This document shows positions 36,831 to 52,440 of a stretch of 64,000 nucleotides of DNA, piece after piece. The stretch spans positions 168,764,001-168,828,000 of the forward strand of contig NC_091476.1 in assembly GCF_036971445.1 (NCBI RefSeq), given 5' to 3'. The stretch comes from Narcine bancroftii. Taxonomy: Eukaryota. Positions within the stretch are counted from its first letter, which is position 1. Every line of letters starts with the position of its first letter. Under the pieces are notes generated by a model that had not been told where the DNA came from, did no database searches, and saw only the letters and a list, made by a program, of their open reading frames with translations. The translations under genes were made by a program, and so were the position numbers.

Positions 36831-37569
36831 AACACAAATAGATGAGCATGAAGAATTTGATGGGGGAAGACAGGATCTATTGAGTGGCAGCTCGATAGCC
36901 AGTCAGATATGATCACTTTTTCTCTTGCAATGTACGTGCACGGCGAGCGTTGTGTTCGTGAGAAGAGCGGGAAAATATATATTTTTATCTGTGTGTGCGG
37001 CCACCACAAGAAGATGCATATAATAAATGTGGAGATAATTTGGTTTCAGTTATCTCCATTTATTTATTTAGATTTTATCTGTATTAATCTTTTATGAATA
37101 ATCTTTCAAATATTAATATTTTGTGTTAAAGGATCTTCCCTTGACTCTCTTTATAATATCAATATTCTTTACCAAGGCAAAAAGTTCCCACTTTGCTTCT
37201 ACCAGGGGGAGTAAGCCACCTCAAAATCATAGGCCCATGCCAACTGGCCAACCCTCCCCCTCCCCCGCCCCCCCCCCCCCCCTTACCCCCCCCCCCCCCC
37301 CCCCCCCCCCCACACACACCTTTGGTTCTGAATGAAGTGGATATCTGCAACCAGCTGGTTCTTTCCCAAATGCAGAGCACAGACTGAGATGCACTGAGGT
37401 TTTGGTCAATTCAATGCAAGGGATCTATGTGGAAAGAACACAATCTGTGGCCCTGGACAATAAGGGGCTGATCTACCTAATAACCCATCAGTTTTGCTAA
37501 TGGAATGCTTGGGGATAAAACATTAATGATACAGAAGGTGATAATGTGTCTGAATTTGTATGACTGCAT

Positions 37570-37838
37570 CTTTCTTCTTTGGCTTGGCTTCGCGGACGAA
37601 GATTTATGGAGGGGGTAAAAGTCCACGTCAGCTGCAGGCTCGTTTGTGGCTGACAAGTCCGATGCGGGACAGGCAGACACGGTTGCAGGGGAAAATTGGT
37701 GGGTTGGGGTTGGGTGTTGGGTTTTCCCTCCTTTGTCTTTTGTCAGTGAGGTGGGCTCTGCGGTCTTCTTCAAAGGAGGTTGCTGCCCGCCGAACTGTGA
37801 GGCGCCAAGATGCACGGTTTGAGGCGTTATCAGCCTCA
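37570..37838 (-). mobile_element. RTE-clade LINE 3' fragment
   Basis: ASNRASWRLTVRRAATSFEEDRRAHLTDKRQRR...RIGLVSHKRACS. Confidence 0.88.
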
Positions 37839-38501
37839 ATATGACTGCATATTATATGAATAAATATACTTTTGGATGAGGAATACCAATCAGCTGAGGC
37901 CAAAGGCTCCCCCGCCTCAAATGTCTTTCAGTAAACTAAATAAGTTGTCAGATAAGATTTTTTTCTCCCACACATAATTATCAAGGTTAGATTTTGAATT
38001 CAAAGGGGGAATAATCTAAGAGGGAATAAGTTGCAGGGCAACAGGATGGTGGCAACTCCAATCCTTTTACAGGCAGGGCAGACTGAAAAAAGTCTTTGAT
38101 TTTGATCCCAACCTTGTCCTTCAAGATTCGAATCTGGAGACAGGCAGGTGTTTAAATTTTGGGATGCCTAGATAAGGCTATTAGTGTGAAGATCAGAGTT
38201 TTTCGAGGGTGAGAGGGAGGAACGGTGTCTCCCTTCCTGACTTGAGGCTGCATGAAATATTTGCCTCTGAGAACTAAGTGTGAGCAGCTACATTTATGGA
38301 AAAAAAACCTTTGCTTTTGCGCACATTTTCTTTCTACCTGGAGTGCTCGCCTAAGTTTGTTCCTGCATTAATAGTGCACTCAAAAGATACATTTCAGGTG
38401 CAGCTGAAGTCCAGGTGGGTAGAAGTGTTTGCTGCATTTGCCCCTGTTCTGTTCCTTTTTGAATGGGGCTTCTTGTACCTCTGCACTAGATCAATGAGCA
38501 T

Positions 38502-39500
38502 TGTTACGAGCCCAGAGGATCCCAAGACCCAGCAGCAATAGAAATTCACCAAGATAAATGGTTACTTAAACAAAAGTTGCTTTTAATTATCTTTAAACAT
38601 GAAAATAGAATCAAACTTTAACTTATCATTATACTAACCTAACTTAACCCCCTTCTAATTCTAAGTGCACGTGTGTAATGTGTGTGTAAGTTTAGAATTT
38701 TTTTTGGTCCACAGTCCAATTTCACTTTTCATTCCTCCAAGTTCATTGGTTGCAGTCAATTTTTATACTGTGCACAGAATTTAACATTTATAAAGTTCAT
38801 CAGGCTTTGATGCTTGAAAGGTAAATGGTAACCGCTCAGAAAGGTTCTTGTCAGTTTTCAGGGAGAGATTTGTTGTTCCAGGACATCCACAACTAATGTA
38901 CTTCCATCAGTCACTCCAGTGTCTTGCCGAAGAAACTTGCCCATTCAGGGTTCTCGAGATGATAACCTCTTTCTTTCAGGTCACCACAGAGTTTTTTTTT
39001 TCTCTTATCCAAGTTAAACATGAGACAGCCAGTCCTCTCCTCTTGCATGAACCACAAGGGCTATGACCAGGCCATCTTCCAAAATGGATTTCCATAAGCT
39101 TACCAGCTTGTCCTGTTCCAGTCCCAGCTGCTTCTGCTGCCTGTAACACTGTACAAGTGATCTGTGTGTGTGTGTGTGTCTCTCTCTCACAGAGAAAAAA
39201 GCCTGTTTGATTCTCTCTGCTTGTAAAACCACATGTCTCTCTTAGAACAGAAAGCTCTCTTCTAGACAGAAATGGCTCCAACATGCTCTTTCATCTGTTG
39301 CACTTTGTAAACAACAATCCATTAGTGAGGTCTCTCAGCACTCTTCAAAGCTCTTGCAAATACTGAGGCCTCGACATGTCTAGCATTAGCAGAGCTCCAG
39401 TATTTCACATAAGATCGGTTTTAAAGTGTTTGTATATGACCTACTCTAACAAACCTTTCCCAATTTATCTCCCAAAAACATATCTATATACTCTGTCATA
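38502..39500. mobile_element. Solo LTR (about 1 kb) with 4-bp TSD
   Basis: TGTTAC...GTCATA termini; GCAT at 38498-38501 and 39501-39504. Confidence 0.8.
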
Positions 39501-40439
39501 GCATTAAAATGCAATGTCAACAGAGAATGCCACTGTCCAAAAAAAAGCAGATGGTTGACATTTGGGATCAAATGCTGGAAATGCAAGTAGTATCATTGGA
39601 GAGAGAAAAACCTTTCAGATCGTCATGCTTTCATCAGTCACGTGCCTCCAGGGCCAGTGCCAGACTATTTTGCGCCCTTGGCTGGGTTGAGTGCGGGGGG
39701 TAGGTGGGGGGGGGGGGTGCTGACTGGGCTGAGCGGTGGGAGGGGTGGTGCTGCGCGGAGATGGTGGGGGGGGGGGGGGTGGATAATCCTGACCAGGCTG
39801 AGCAGTGGGTGCAATACCTGATGTGACGTTCAGCATACACCGTACCACTTACTCCCTCCACTTAACCAGATTAACACACGGGCTCCTAGAGCATTCGTCA
39901 GAACCACGTCAAGGTGCCGGAGCTGCTGGAATTCTCTCTTCAACAGCGCCCCCTTGAGGTCTGAGCCCAAGGCAGCTGCCCAGTTGCCCTAATGATAGCA
40001 TGCCTCCCACACTAGCCCAACGGCTCGCGCGATGGCACAGAGACTCCCCCACCTGCCCAGGGACGTGGCCCCCCACCCCACGACCGCCGACGCCTCCCGC
40101 TCTCGCCGAGCGCCTGCCACGCTCACCACGGACTTGCTTTCGCCAAGGGGGGGGGGGGGTCACACAACCAGAGAGGGCCTCCCGCGCTCAACAAGCGCCT
40201 TGCACTCTCGCTGAAGGCCTCACGTCTGCTGAGAACCTCCACCAGATACTGTTCTGATTTTAACCGAGGGACTCTCTGGGTGGAAAGTCCTGTCCCCTCT
40301 ATGGGAGGTTCTTTAAAAAAAAACTTTCTGGCCTTATTGCACATAAAGTGCAATGTCCAGTTATATCCAGTTCTGGCCATGGGTTTTGGACCTTCAGTGT
40401 GAGCTGGGCTTCTCCCTCCACAGAAGCTGACTGACCTGC

Positions 40440-42080
<1,641 letters not shown>

Positions 42081-42234
42081 GACAGTTCATCGCCGGCCGT
42101 TGATGGACTGGAGTGTGGTTAAAGGGGAGGTGGGGGGGGGGGGTTTGTGTGTCAGCCGATTAAAGGGCAGGGAGTGCAGCCTCCCGTCCACGTCTGTCTG
42201 AGCAGCAGACGGGCCAGAGGGTCGGCCTCTTCAA

Positions 42235-43239
42235 GGCGTTTGCATCCGTGGGCCAACCATGTTCATCCAACAGACGCTACAGAAGCATTTGTCCAATAGC
42301 CATTGCATCAGTGGACCAGCCACAGATGCTGTATCTGATTACAAAGTCCAAACAATGGCCACAGCATCTACAGGACAGCAATGATTGACCAATGGCCATG
42401 GCATTATAGGTCAATGATTGGCCAATGGGCACGGCATCTATAGGTCAACAATGATCGACCAATGGCCACGGCATCTCTGGGCCAACACCATTAATTGAAT
42501 GTTGTTGGCCCAGAGTGCGATGGCATAGGTCAAATATTGACTGCATATATGGGTGAACAATATTCAACCAATGGCCTTTGCTGCCATACTGAATGATGTG
42601 TGACCAATTGTCAATGCACCCATGGGTGAACTATGTTCGATTTTTGATTTTTGAACAGTTCACCTATTGATGAACAATGTTCAATCAATGGCCATTGCAC
42701 CCATGGCTAAAAGGTGTTTGACTGACGTCTTTGCACCCATGGCTAAAAGGTGTTTGACCGACCCCTTTGCATCCATGGCTAAAAGGTGTTTGACCAACAC
42801 CTTTGCATCCATGGCTAAAACATGTTTGACCGACACCTTTGCATCCATGGCTAAAAGGTGTTTGACCATGGGTATTGCACCTATGAGTGAACAATGTTAG
42901 ATTGATAGGGTGGCATAATTGGTGAAGCAGCGCGATGCCTTTACAGCACCAGCAATTGGGACCAGGATTCGAATCCCTTACTGTCTGTAAGGAGTTTGTT
43001 CTCCCTATGTCTTCATGGGTTTTCTCTGGGGGCTCCCACTGTTTGAAATGTACCAGGCATGTAGATTAATTAGGTGTAAATTGTGCAGCACGGACTGGTG
43101 GGCCGAAATGGCCTGTTACCATGCTGTATGTCTCAATTTAAAAAAAAATTAAGATGGCCATTGCTGAACAAGATTTGATCAATGTCCATAGCGCCCATGG
43201 GTGAGTGATGTTCGACTAATGTGCATTGGACCCTTGGGT
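42235..43239 (+). repeat. Degenerate 36-bp CCATGG-containing tandem repeat; resumes at 45629-45670
   Basis: Best-conserved core 42690-42895 with unit GCATCCATGGCTAAAAGGTGTTTGACCGACACCTTT; interrupted by a SINE and by the ERV. Confidence 0.8.
42908..43150 (+). mobile_element. tRNA-derived SINE
   Basis: GGATTCGAATCC B-box, CTGTCTGTAAGGAGTTTG and an A-rich tail. Confidence 0.7.
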
Positions 43240-43720
43240 TGTAGAGTTTCATCCCTTTCCTCGATTCAGACCTAGGGAATAACTTCATACTCAATGAATT
43301 TCAAACCATAACCCTATATGAACAAGCTTCATTGCTCACTTGATATCTAGGGTCTCACTCATAAAGCTTAGATATCTATAACCAAGTGATCCCCGACAAG
43401 GTCTGAGACTGCTTCTTACACCTCTGTTGTCAGGTGCACTTGCATATTTTGACTGGACATCCTTGCTTAGGGGTTTACAGGCTACATAATGCTGCAGGTA
43501 TGTCCTGTATCAGTCGTAGCACCTCATCTTTGATCAACTCAGTGGGCAGTAATCAGGGCAGGACCGTCAATTCCTCTGCAGCCATTCTATTCATAATTTG
43601 TGCCTGTTCTGCATACAATAGAGTTAAGATGTTAATAAGTAGTACAAGGCCGTGAACAAGTTTAAGCATAATCCCAATTCCTTCCTGCTGTGTTAAACAA
43701 TTCTTCATTCCCTGCTTTTA

Positions 43721-44760
43721 TCATCCCATGACATCTAAGGTTAGATTCTTACTGGGATTATTGTATGTCATGATGTTCATAATCATACAGGAAGGGTGGC
43801 TAATAACCCTTGGGATAGGCCGAAAGATTCCCCGCATCATTATATTCCCCATCTGACACACTGGCTCCTCGTCTTTCCGAGGTGCCTTTACTTCTTGAGG
43901 TTCTCTCTGTATGAGTACTGCTACAGGTGTGGGGCAAAGGCATATGGGCTGATAAGGGGCCAAAGATATTGCAGAAGTGCAATGAGTATAAGTACACCTG
44001 GTATGATGATGGCATAATGTTGCATGCTATGCAAGCAGAGAGAGGTAATATTCTCTTGTCCAATAATGGTACACGTGCCTCTCAGTTAGGACAAAGTTAA
44101 GGGGACTCTGGTTCTGTTAAACCATCTGTTGTAATGCCATAATTTCTGTATTGGTAGCTTTCATCTGGTCTTGGATGTCATCCATGGCCTTGACAGAACT
44201 ATTGGCCATTCCTTTTAGAGCTGTAGCCAGGTTGATAATTTCCATTGAATTGTGGGCTATTGGATGATATTTGGATATCATCCAAAAGGCTCCGAATGAG
44301 ATAACTCGTTTCTGCCGAGGGAGGGAAGAATGGTTGTCCAGGGTCTCCAGAAACTATCTATGTGGGGCACAAGGTAAGCCAAGAAGCAACATCCCTTCCA
44401 CTTCCTGCTCCCTTGTTGGGGGGCATACTGGATCACTGTTTCTCCAGGTAGGCCCATTCCCCACAGATCCACTGAGTTCCGTTTAGGGGACACAGTGGTT
44501 CAGCTGTAGTGTAGGTGGCACAATTGTTATTGGCCAGAAAGTAAGGCCCCTTGCCTTCAAAATTTCAGTTGCAGGTAATATTTGCTGGCTGATCAGATTG
44601 GACAATGACGTAGGGTCATGATGGGTTTCTTTAGGGGAGGACTGATGTACCAGTCATCGAAACAGAGATACCCACAGTCTCCATTCATATTAAGGGGATA
44701 TTTCACTCATCTGAAGAAGATGTCATAATCGCTCCATAGCAGATGCAATTTCATTGGCTC
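43721..44760 (-). pseudogene. env: Retroviral envelope (SU C-terminus plus TM) pseudogene
   Basis: PLNGTQWICGEWAY, WKGCCFLAYLVP, furin site RQKR (44317-44306), heptad repeat, ISD-like V*QNQSPLNFVL, GTCTIIGQE and hydrophobic anchor YAIIIPGVLILIALL; contains stops and frameshifts. Confidence 0.82.
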
Positions 44761-44764
44761 TGGA

Positions 44765-45455
44765 TCACTGAGTCGTCAAGTTTATTGTGAGCTGAGTGCA
44801 CAAGTACAACCTGATGAAACAGCATTCTCCAGTCCTTGATGTAAAGCACACAGACACACAACCAGACATAACACACATACAGACAAGCAATACATATGCA
44901 GGACAGCTATTGATACACAAATAAATAAATAGGCGGGTCTTGGATGGTTGGTGTGAGCCATTCCTTTGGTCATTCTGTATTCTCACTACCCGTGAGAAGA
45001 AGCTATTTATCAGCCTGGTCGTGATGCTGCTGTATCTCTTTCCTGAGGGAGCAGCTGAAAGGGGTCCTCAATGATTTTACGTACCCTTTTCAGATTAAAC
45101 GACTACGATAGATCGTGTCGATTGTTTGGGGGGGGGGGGGTTGGGGAGAGATGCCAGTGATTTTCTATATCACTCATGATCCTGTGGATTGTCCTCCGAT
45201 CCATTTCTCTGCAGCACCCGTATCGCACGGATACAGCCAGCCCGGATGCTCTCAATAGTACTCCTGCAGAAGGTTGATATGACGGTTGCTGGTAGCTTTG
45301 CCCGATTCAATCTTCTCAGGAAGTAGTGTGCCTTCCTTACAAGTGAGGAGATGTTTGCCCATGATAGGTTGCTTGTGAAGTGAACTCTCTCCACTACAGA
45401 ATTATTGATGTGTAGTGTGGGGTGATTATTCCTGCTCTGCCTGAAGACCATTATG
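44765..45455 (-). mobile_element. Rex1/Babar-like LINE 3' fragment inserted in the ERV
   Basis: LHINNSVVERV...LSW...YFLRRL...TFCRSTIES; 3' tail CAATAAACTTGAC. Confidence 0.7.
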
Positions 45456-46857
45456 CACATAATAAACTTTGTTCAGCCGATTAACAGATACTTTTAAGTC
45501 AGTTCCTCTGCAGCTATTCTACACATATGTGGTGTATTGCTCATAATAAAGAAGCTAATAGGTAGTTCAAGGCCGTGAACAAGTTTAAGCCTAGCCCAAT
45601 CCTTCCTGTTCTTTTACACAATTTTTTAGGTGAATGAAGTTCGACGACTAATGGCTATTTCACCCATGGATATTTCAAGTAATAGGGAAAGGTGATGAAT
45701 ATCATTGTTTATTGTGAAAATTATTGTATATAAATAAAGTAGGGATGTTGTTTTTCCATTAGATAGGATGTTGGTGAGGCCACATCCAGAAAGTATTAGT
45801 TTTTTTCTCTAAGGAAAAATGTAAGTGCATTGGCAGCAGTTCTGAGAAGGTTTACCAGACAGATTTGTAGATAAGGTGAATGTGTCATGAGGAATTGTTG
45901 AACAAGCTTGGCTTGTTTGGAAGAATGAGAGGAAACTGATTGAAATATACAGGAACCTGAGATGTCTTGACTAGATGGATTGGATATTTCTTGTGGAAAA
46001 TATAGAACGAGAGGTTGCTTTTTTGAAAATTAAAGTTAAGAGATGACTTTTATGAGATGTTCATGAGCTTTTCGCATATTCAAGGTTAAGACAAATTCTG
46101 GATAATGTAGAGATAAAAACAGTGCAAAGTCAGGGTGCAGAGTTGAAGATACAGCCTGATTACAGTTGGCCATGATATTTCTAAATGCAGCAAAAAGCAC
46201 ATCCTGGTCCTTATTCACATGTTTGTGTATGTTGTAATATCCATTGCCTTTTGGAGAAGACAAATTTTGCATTTTGGCAATTATTTGTAAATAAAAGAAT
46301 TCTGATTCATCTCTAAATGTGCTATCTCCAGTTTTAAGCATTGTCTAGGTTCTACCTGACCCAATAGTTTTTCTCTATTTGTCAAATCCTTAAATGTGTT
46401 TAAATTACTTTTTAGATTAGCCTTCTGTGAATATGAGAGGTTTGTTTATCCAACCTGCCCTCATTATTTAATCCAGTAAACTATGGTATTCAAGTCAATC
46501 TGTGTGATTCAGCTGTACGACTAATATAAAGTTCCTGAATTATGTAGTGTTAAATAATTTCCATATATCCAAGTACAGATCATTAAATCCTAGACTGTTT
46601 TATTGAGAAAAGTTGTTACACATACATGACTACAATGGGAGTAATTTTTCTGTTAAGCTATTCTGGAATAGGTCTTTGTAGTTCTTTCTGTATCATTCAT
46701 TGTCATGTGCTAAATATTTGTGGAAAAGGGGTTTTTAGAGAGTAAGTTGTCACAAAGCTTTTAATTTAACCTTTGTGCTTTCCATTATGGTCTAAACTTA
46801 TAAAACAATACTTTTTGTTCTACTGCACTTTTAACAGTTAATTTATTCTTCTCATAG

Positions 46858-47521
<664 letters not shown>

Positions 47522-48289
47522 TAATTCTGTAAGTTTCATATATTATGCAGTGTTTTCTGTTTCATTATTAAGTCTGCTCGCAGATGTTATTTTGACCTTT
47601 AAACAAAAAAGAGGAATATTGACTTTAGAAGAATCTTGTATCATGTCCATAAACCATCTATGTTTCCTTATTAAAGTGTACTGATCTGAAGGCAGACAGT
47701 TATATGTGTGCAAATAGAAAAAACTCCAGTTGAATCTCTTTCAAAAATTTTTATGAAGAAAAGTTAATGAAGTAATTCTCTGATTTTAAATTTAGCTGTG
47801 AGGCAACCCTGAGATAATCCCATGCTGTCAGTACTTGGACAAGTAAACTTGGCCTCATTACTACTACAAAGCCCAGGAAATTGTATTCAGAACTTTTCTT
47901 CTCAATCATCTTGCATTAACTGCTCTTGGATAGAATTATGCTTAACTAATATTCCCACAATCGAAATGTTTGCGGATATTGATTGCATGAGTTGATATGG
48001 GAAGAACAGCCATTGCAAGGTTGAGGTACCAGATAAAGCTTGATACCTTCAACTGAGAAGTGCAGATTGGCTGCAAGGTAAAATGGGTTAATTTCCTTTG
48101 GGGTATGTGGATAGCTTGTTCTTAGAGCCATACTCTCACCTCGTACAAAATGGTATGTTAGTTAGCAAGTTACTGACTATTAATGGTGGTGTATGGCAAG
48201 AAATCCATTATTTATTTATTTGTGGAGTGCCATTCTGGGACCATAGTCATAACTTCTCAGACATCCTACAGTTGAAAGTGTTAATATAA

Positions 48290-48660
48290 TGAGGAGTATT
48301 TGGTAGCTCTGGGCCTGTTCTTGGAGTTTAGCAACATAACGGAGGATCTCATTGAAATGTACCGAGTATTGAAAAGGTTAGATCGAGAGGATGTAGAGAA
48401 GGTGTTTCCAGTAGTTGGAGAGTCTAGGACCAAGAGGGCACAGCCTCAGATAAAAAGAAAGACCCTTAAGACAGATGAGAAGTTTCTTCAACCAGAGGCT
48501 ATCATGAGGTAAATAGAAAGCAGAGGTTGATAGATCTTTGATTAGTAAAAGCATCAAAAGTTATGGGGAGAAGGCAGGAGAATAGTGTTCAGAATAGGAA
48601 ATGTACATCAGCCATTATTCGAATGATGGAGCAGACATAATAGGCCAAATAGTCTTCTGT
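48290..48660 (+). mobile_element. CR1 LINE 3' fragment; similar pieces at about 45720-46200 and 24320-24450
   Basis: LGLFLE...DLIEMYRVLKRLDR...FP..GESRT, a typical CR1 ORF2 end. Confidence 0.7.
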
Positions 48661-48788
48661 AGACATACCATTTGCATGTAGGAAGGTAACTTGTTATTCA
48701 TTATATTTTCCCCTTTCCTGGTTAGAAGCAGCTTGCACTCTTGGCAGTTTTATAATTTGGATGAAGCTATATAATTCAACTTGAATAA

Positions 48789-48947
<159 letters not shown>

Positions 48948-49028
48948 TGATTATAGGATGCTTAAATTTTGCAAATCTATTTTGTCTTGTGTGTTTAGTA
49001 TTGTTGTGTAATCTCTCTTTTGTTATAG

Positions 49029-49074
49029 GCAGTGAGTGCTTTGACTGGTGTCCAGGACCAATTGGTTGAAAAAC
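49029..49074 (+). CDS. MEAF6: MEAF6 exon 4
   Basis: TATAG|GCA; AVSALTGVQDQLVEK; C|GTAAGT. Confidence 0.96.
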
Positions 49075-49599
49075 GTAAGTCATGATTAATCTGTACTTTT
49101 CACTCACCATATGTCTTGACCAGATAAGATGAGCTTACAAGAGAGTGCAGATGCTCGAATCTGGACAAAAAGAAACAGCTGGAGGAGCTCATTGGGCAAA
49201 GCAGCATCTGTAGAAGCAAAGGGATAGATGCCATTTGATTCTCATGCATGCATCTAAATGGTCTGGCTGTGCCATCTTCAATGTCGGTGAGACCAAGTGT
49301 CAAGAAGATTGCTATTTTGCAAAACATCTATAATCTGTCTGCAGTGGGCGTCCTGCATGCCATTTCAACTCCCTTTCCGATTCCCACACAGACCTTGGAC
49401 TTCTCCACAGCATAATGAGGCCAAACACAGACTAGAAGACAAGCACTTTGTATTCTGCCTGAGTAGTCTACAATCTAGTGGTATGATCGCTGAAATTTCC
49501 ATCTTCAGGTAACCCATATTCCTTTTCATCCTTTCTCCATTCATATCACCCACTTTCATAACTCTCCCCCCTCTGGCTCCACTTGTTTGACACAGCATC

Positions 49600-52440
49600 G
49601 TGGAACTATACAACATGGAAACTGAACTGCACTTGCCCCTTTGCACTTTTCCCATTTGTCTGCATTTAGCCCAACATCTCTCTCAGCATTTCTGACCATA
49701 TAGCTGTCCAAATGACTTTTAAATGTCATAATTGTACTGCCTCTGCAGCTTCCTCTGGCATATTGTTCCATATATGCACCACCCTCTGAATGAAAGTGTT
49801 GCCCCCTCAGGCATTTTTTTTTTAAATTGATCCCCTTTCACCTTAATCTGATGCCCTCTGTTTTACATTCTACCCTGTGGAAAAGACTATGACTATTCAT
49901 CTTATCTATGAATATGTATACCTCAATCATGTTATCCCTCAGATAACATCACAATTCAATCCCTTTCAATTCAAGCCCTCCATCCCAGTAAAATCATTGT
50001 ACATCTTGCATCCTTCCCAGATGTGCGCACATTACTCCAAATGTGGTCTTATCAAAGTCTTGTACAACTGTCCCATGATATCCCAGTTCTCTGTGTCCTA
50101 ACCGATGAAGCCAAGCTTACCAAAACCTTCTGCAAAACCCTGCCTGCCAGGCTTTGCCACTTTCAAGGAACAATATTCTTGCACCCCAAGCTCTCTCTGT
50201 TCTACAACTCTCCAGGTCCCTATCATTTACTGTCCCTGTCTGGCCTTGTACATACCTGGGCCAAACTCCATGTCCCATTCCTCAGCCCACTTACCCAGTT
50301 GATCCCAGATCCTGTTGTATTCTTAGACAACTTTCTTCACTGTCCACCATACATTTGATTTTTAGAGTTATCACAAACTTACTAGCCATGTTAAAGTCCA
50401 CTAAAACAACAGATCTCAGATTTATTGTCCAGAGTGCATCACGACACCACATACAACCCTGAGATTCCTTTTCCTGTGGGCCAGGCAGAATTACCAATTA
50501 TTGGTAGTGCAAAAAAAAAACTACACAATGTATGCATGTAAAAAAATAAAGAAAAGGTAAACAAACTGCAATACAGAAAGGGGGGGGGGGAAACAATAAA
50601 GTGCAAAACTAAGAGTCTTCAAATGAGTCCCTGATTGAGTTATTGTTAGGGAGTCTGATGGTGGAGGGGTAGCAGCTGTTCATGTACCTGGTGGAGTGAG
50701 TCTTGTGATACCTACACATCTTCTGCCCTGCCCTCATCAACCTTTTTGGTCCAAAAAAAACACAACATGATTTCCCATACACAAAGCCATGTTGACTGTC
50801 TAATCAGTCCTTGCTTTTCCAAATGCATGTAGGTCCTATCTCTCGTAATTATCTTCAACAACTTAACCCAGGTTTACCAGTCTGTAATCCCCAGGCTTAT
50901 CATTGCAGCACTTTTCCGTCTTTCACTTGCGGCCAATCACCAGGGCCACCACAATTTTTTCACACGCTATCCAAGGATTCACTTTGTCAGGTCCCAAAGA
51001 TTTATCCACCTTTGGGCAATTTAAGAACTCCAGCACCTTGTCTTCTGTAATATGGACTCTCTTTGAGACTATTTACTTTGCCAGTTTCAATGACTTTTTT
51101 CACAGGCTTAATTTTTAGAACCTCGTTCATACCTGTAGCTTAGCACATAGATGACTATATTGATCTTTGACAGAATCTATTCTCTCCTCAGTTACCCTTT
51201 TACTCTTAATATACTTGTGAAATCTCTTTGATTCTCTCTTGTCCCCTTTTTGTCCTCCCGATTTCTGTCTTGAATGTACCACTTCCCCTATACTAGTGGT
51301 TCTCAACCTTCTTTCCACTCACATACCACTTTAAGTAATCCCTATGTCATTGGTGCTCTGTGATTAGTAAGGTTTAGATAAAGTGGGATGTGACTGGGAA
51401 AGGAAGATTGAGAATCACTGCCCTAGATCCAATTGTTACTGATACATTTTGCTTGAGAAAAATTGTCTTGGCCCATTTCCTTTGGAGCTATGAAACCCTG
51501 CACATAATGAGTCAATGAGGGACAATTAAAACAGTGGTTTTGAAACTTTTTCTTTTCACCCACACACCACCTTAAACAACCCTTTACTAATCACAGAGCA
51601 CCTGTGGCATAGGGAATACTTAGTGGACTGTGAGTGGAAATAAAAAAAGTTGAGAACCATTGCTCTATGGATTGACAGTCCCAACTGCTTCTACCTGACA
51701 TATGGCTTCCCTTTTTGACCAGTGCCTCAATATCTCCAGTCATTCAAGTTTCCCTCCCTACTCCTTTGCCCTTTTTTCTAATAAGAACATGCTGCCCCTA
51801 AATTCTTGTTATCTTAAAAGTCTACCATTAGCTAGATGTCCTTTCCCAATGTCCTCTACAAGTTCTTTGCCTTGATAGGACTTCAACTTGTGGACCAGTC
51901 CTATCCTTTTCAGTAACTATTTTAAAAGCAAATAGAATTATGGTCACTGAGCTCAGGATGTTCCCCCCACAACACTTCAGTCACTTGCCCTGCATTATTT
52001 CCCATGAGGTTGTATGTTTTCAGTATGGTCATCTACATATTGCTTGCAAAACCTTTCCTGAACACGCTTAACAAATTTCACTCCATCTAAATTCTTAGAT
52101 GATGACAGTCCCAATTAATATTTATAAAGTTGAAATCCCCTTATGTTACAACATTTATTCTTGCAGCTGTTTGCAATCTCCCTGCATATTAGCTCCTTAA
52201 ATTCCCATTAACTATTGGGAGTTTAAAGTACAATATCAAAAGTTTGATCACCCCTTTGTCCCTCCCTCAGTGATGTTCCTGTAATGGGTATAATATCCCA
52301 GTCCCATAATTCCTATCCATGCTATGAGTTCCCCTGTTTTACCTGTCAAGCATCTTATATTGAAATTAATGCATTTTGGACCAACAGTCTTTCCTTGCAC
52401 CTGTGACATGTTCTTGCCTATCTTGTCCACTGAACTTGCT
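49600..52440 (-). mobile_element. Fragmented CR1 LINE with nested inserts
   Basis: Degraded endonuclease-to-3' segments (CINFNIRCL..K..EL, FHKYIKSKR, HGFV, LYKTLIRPHLE). Confidence 0.65.
51294..51662. mobile_element. hAT/Charlie-like MITE; second partial copy at about 62500-62762
   Basis: TIRs (C/T)AGTGGTTCTCAAC...GTTGAGAACCA(C/T)TG, with internal repeats of the TIR. Confidence 0.75.

Larger units (their letters stand above)
43240..45628 (-). mobile_element. Deleted endogenous retrovirus: partial 5' LTR, env relic, PPT, 3' LTR
   Basis: 3' LTR 43707 to 43240 (TG...CA), preceded by purine tract AAAAGCAGGGAA. A diverged LTR copy lies at about 45500-45628 (shared CAAGGCCGTGAACAAGTTTAAGC). The host repeat resumes on both sides. 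Confidence 0.75.

Noticed and set aside
42667-42900. 36-bp repeats resembling a CRISPR array or a repeat peptide
   Set aside because: The units are contiguous with no unique spacers, there are no cas genes, and the context is a eukaryotic intron.
43470-43708. Possible retroviral accessory ORF downstream of env (MKNCLTQQEG...)
   Set aside because: It lies within the inferred 3' LTR and is interrupted by stop codons.
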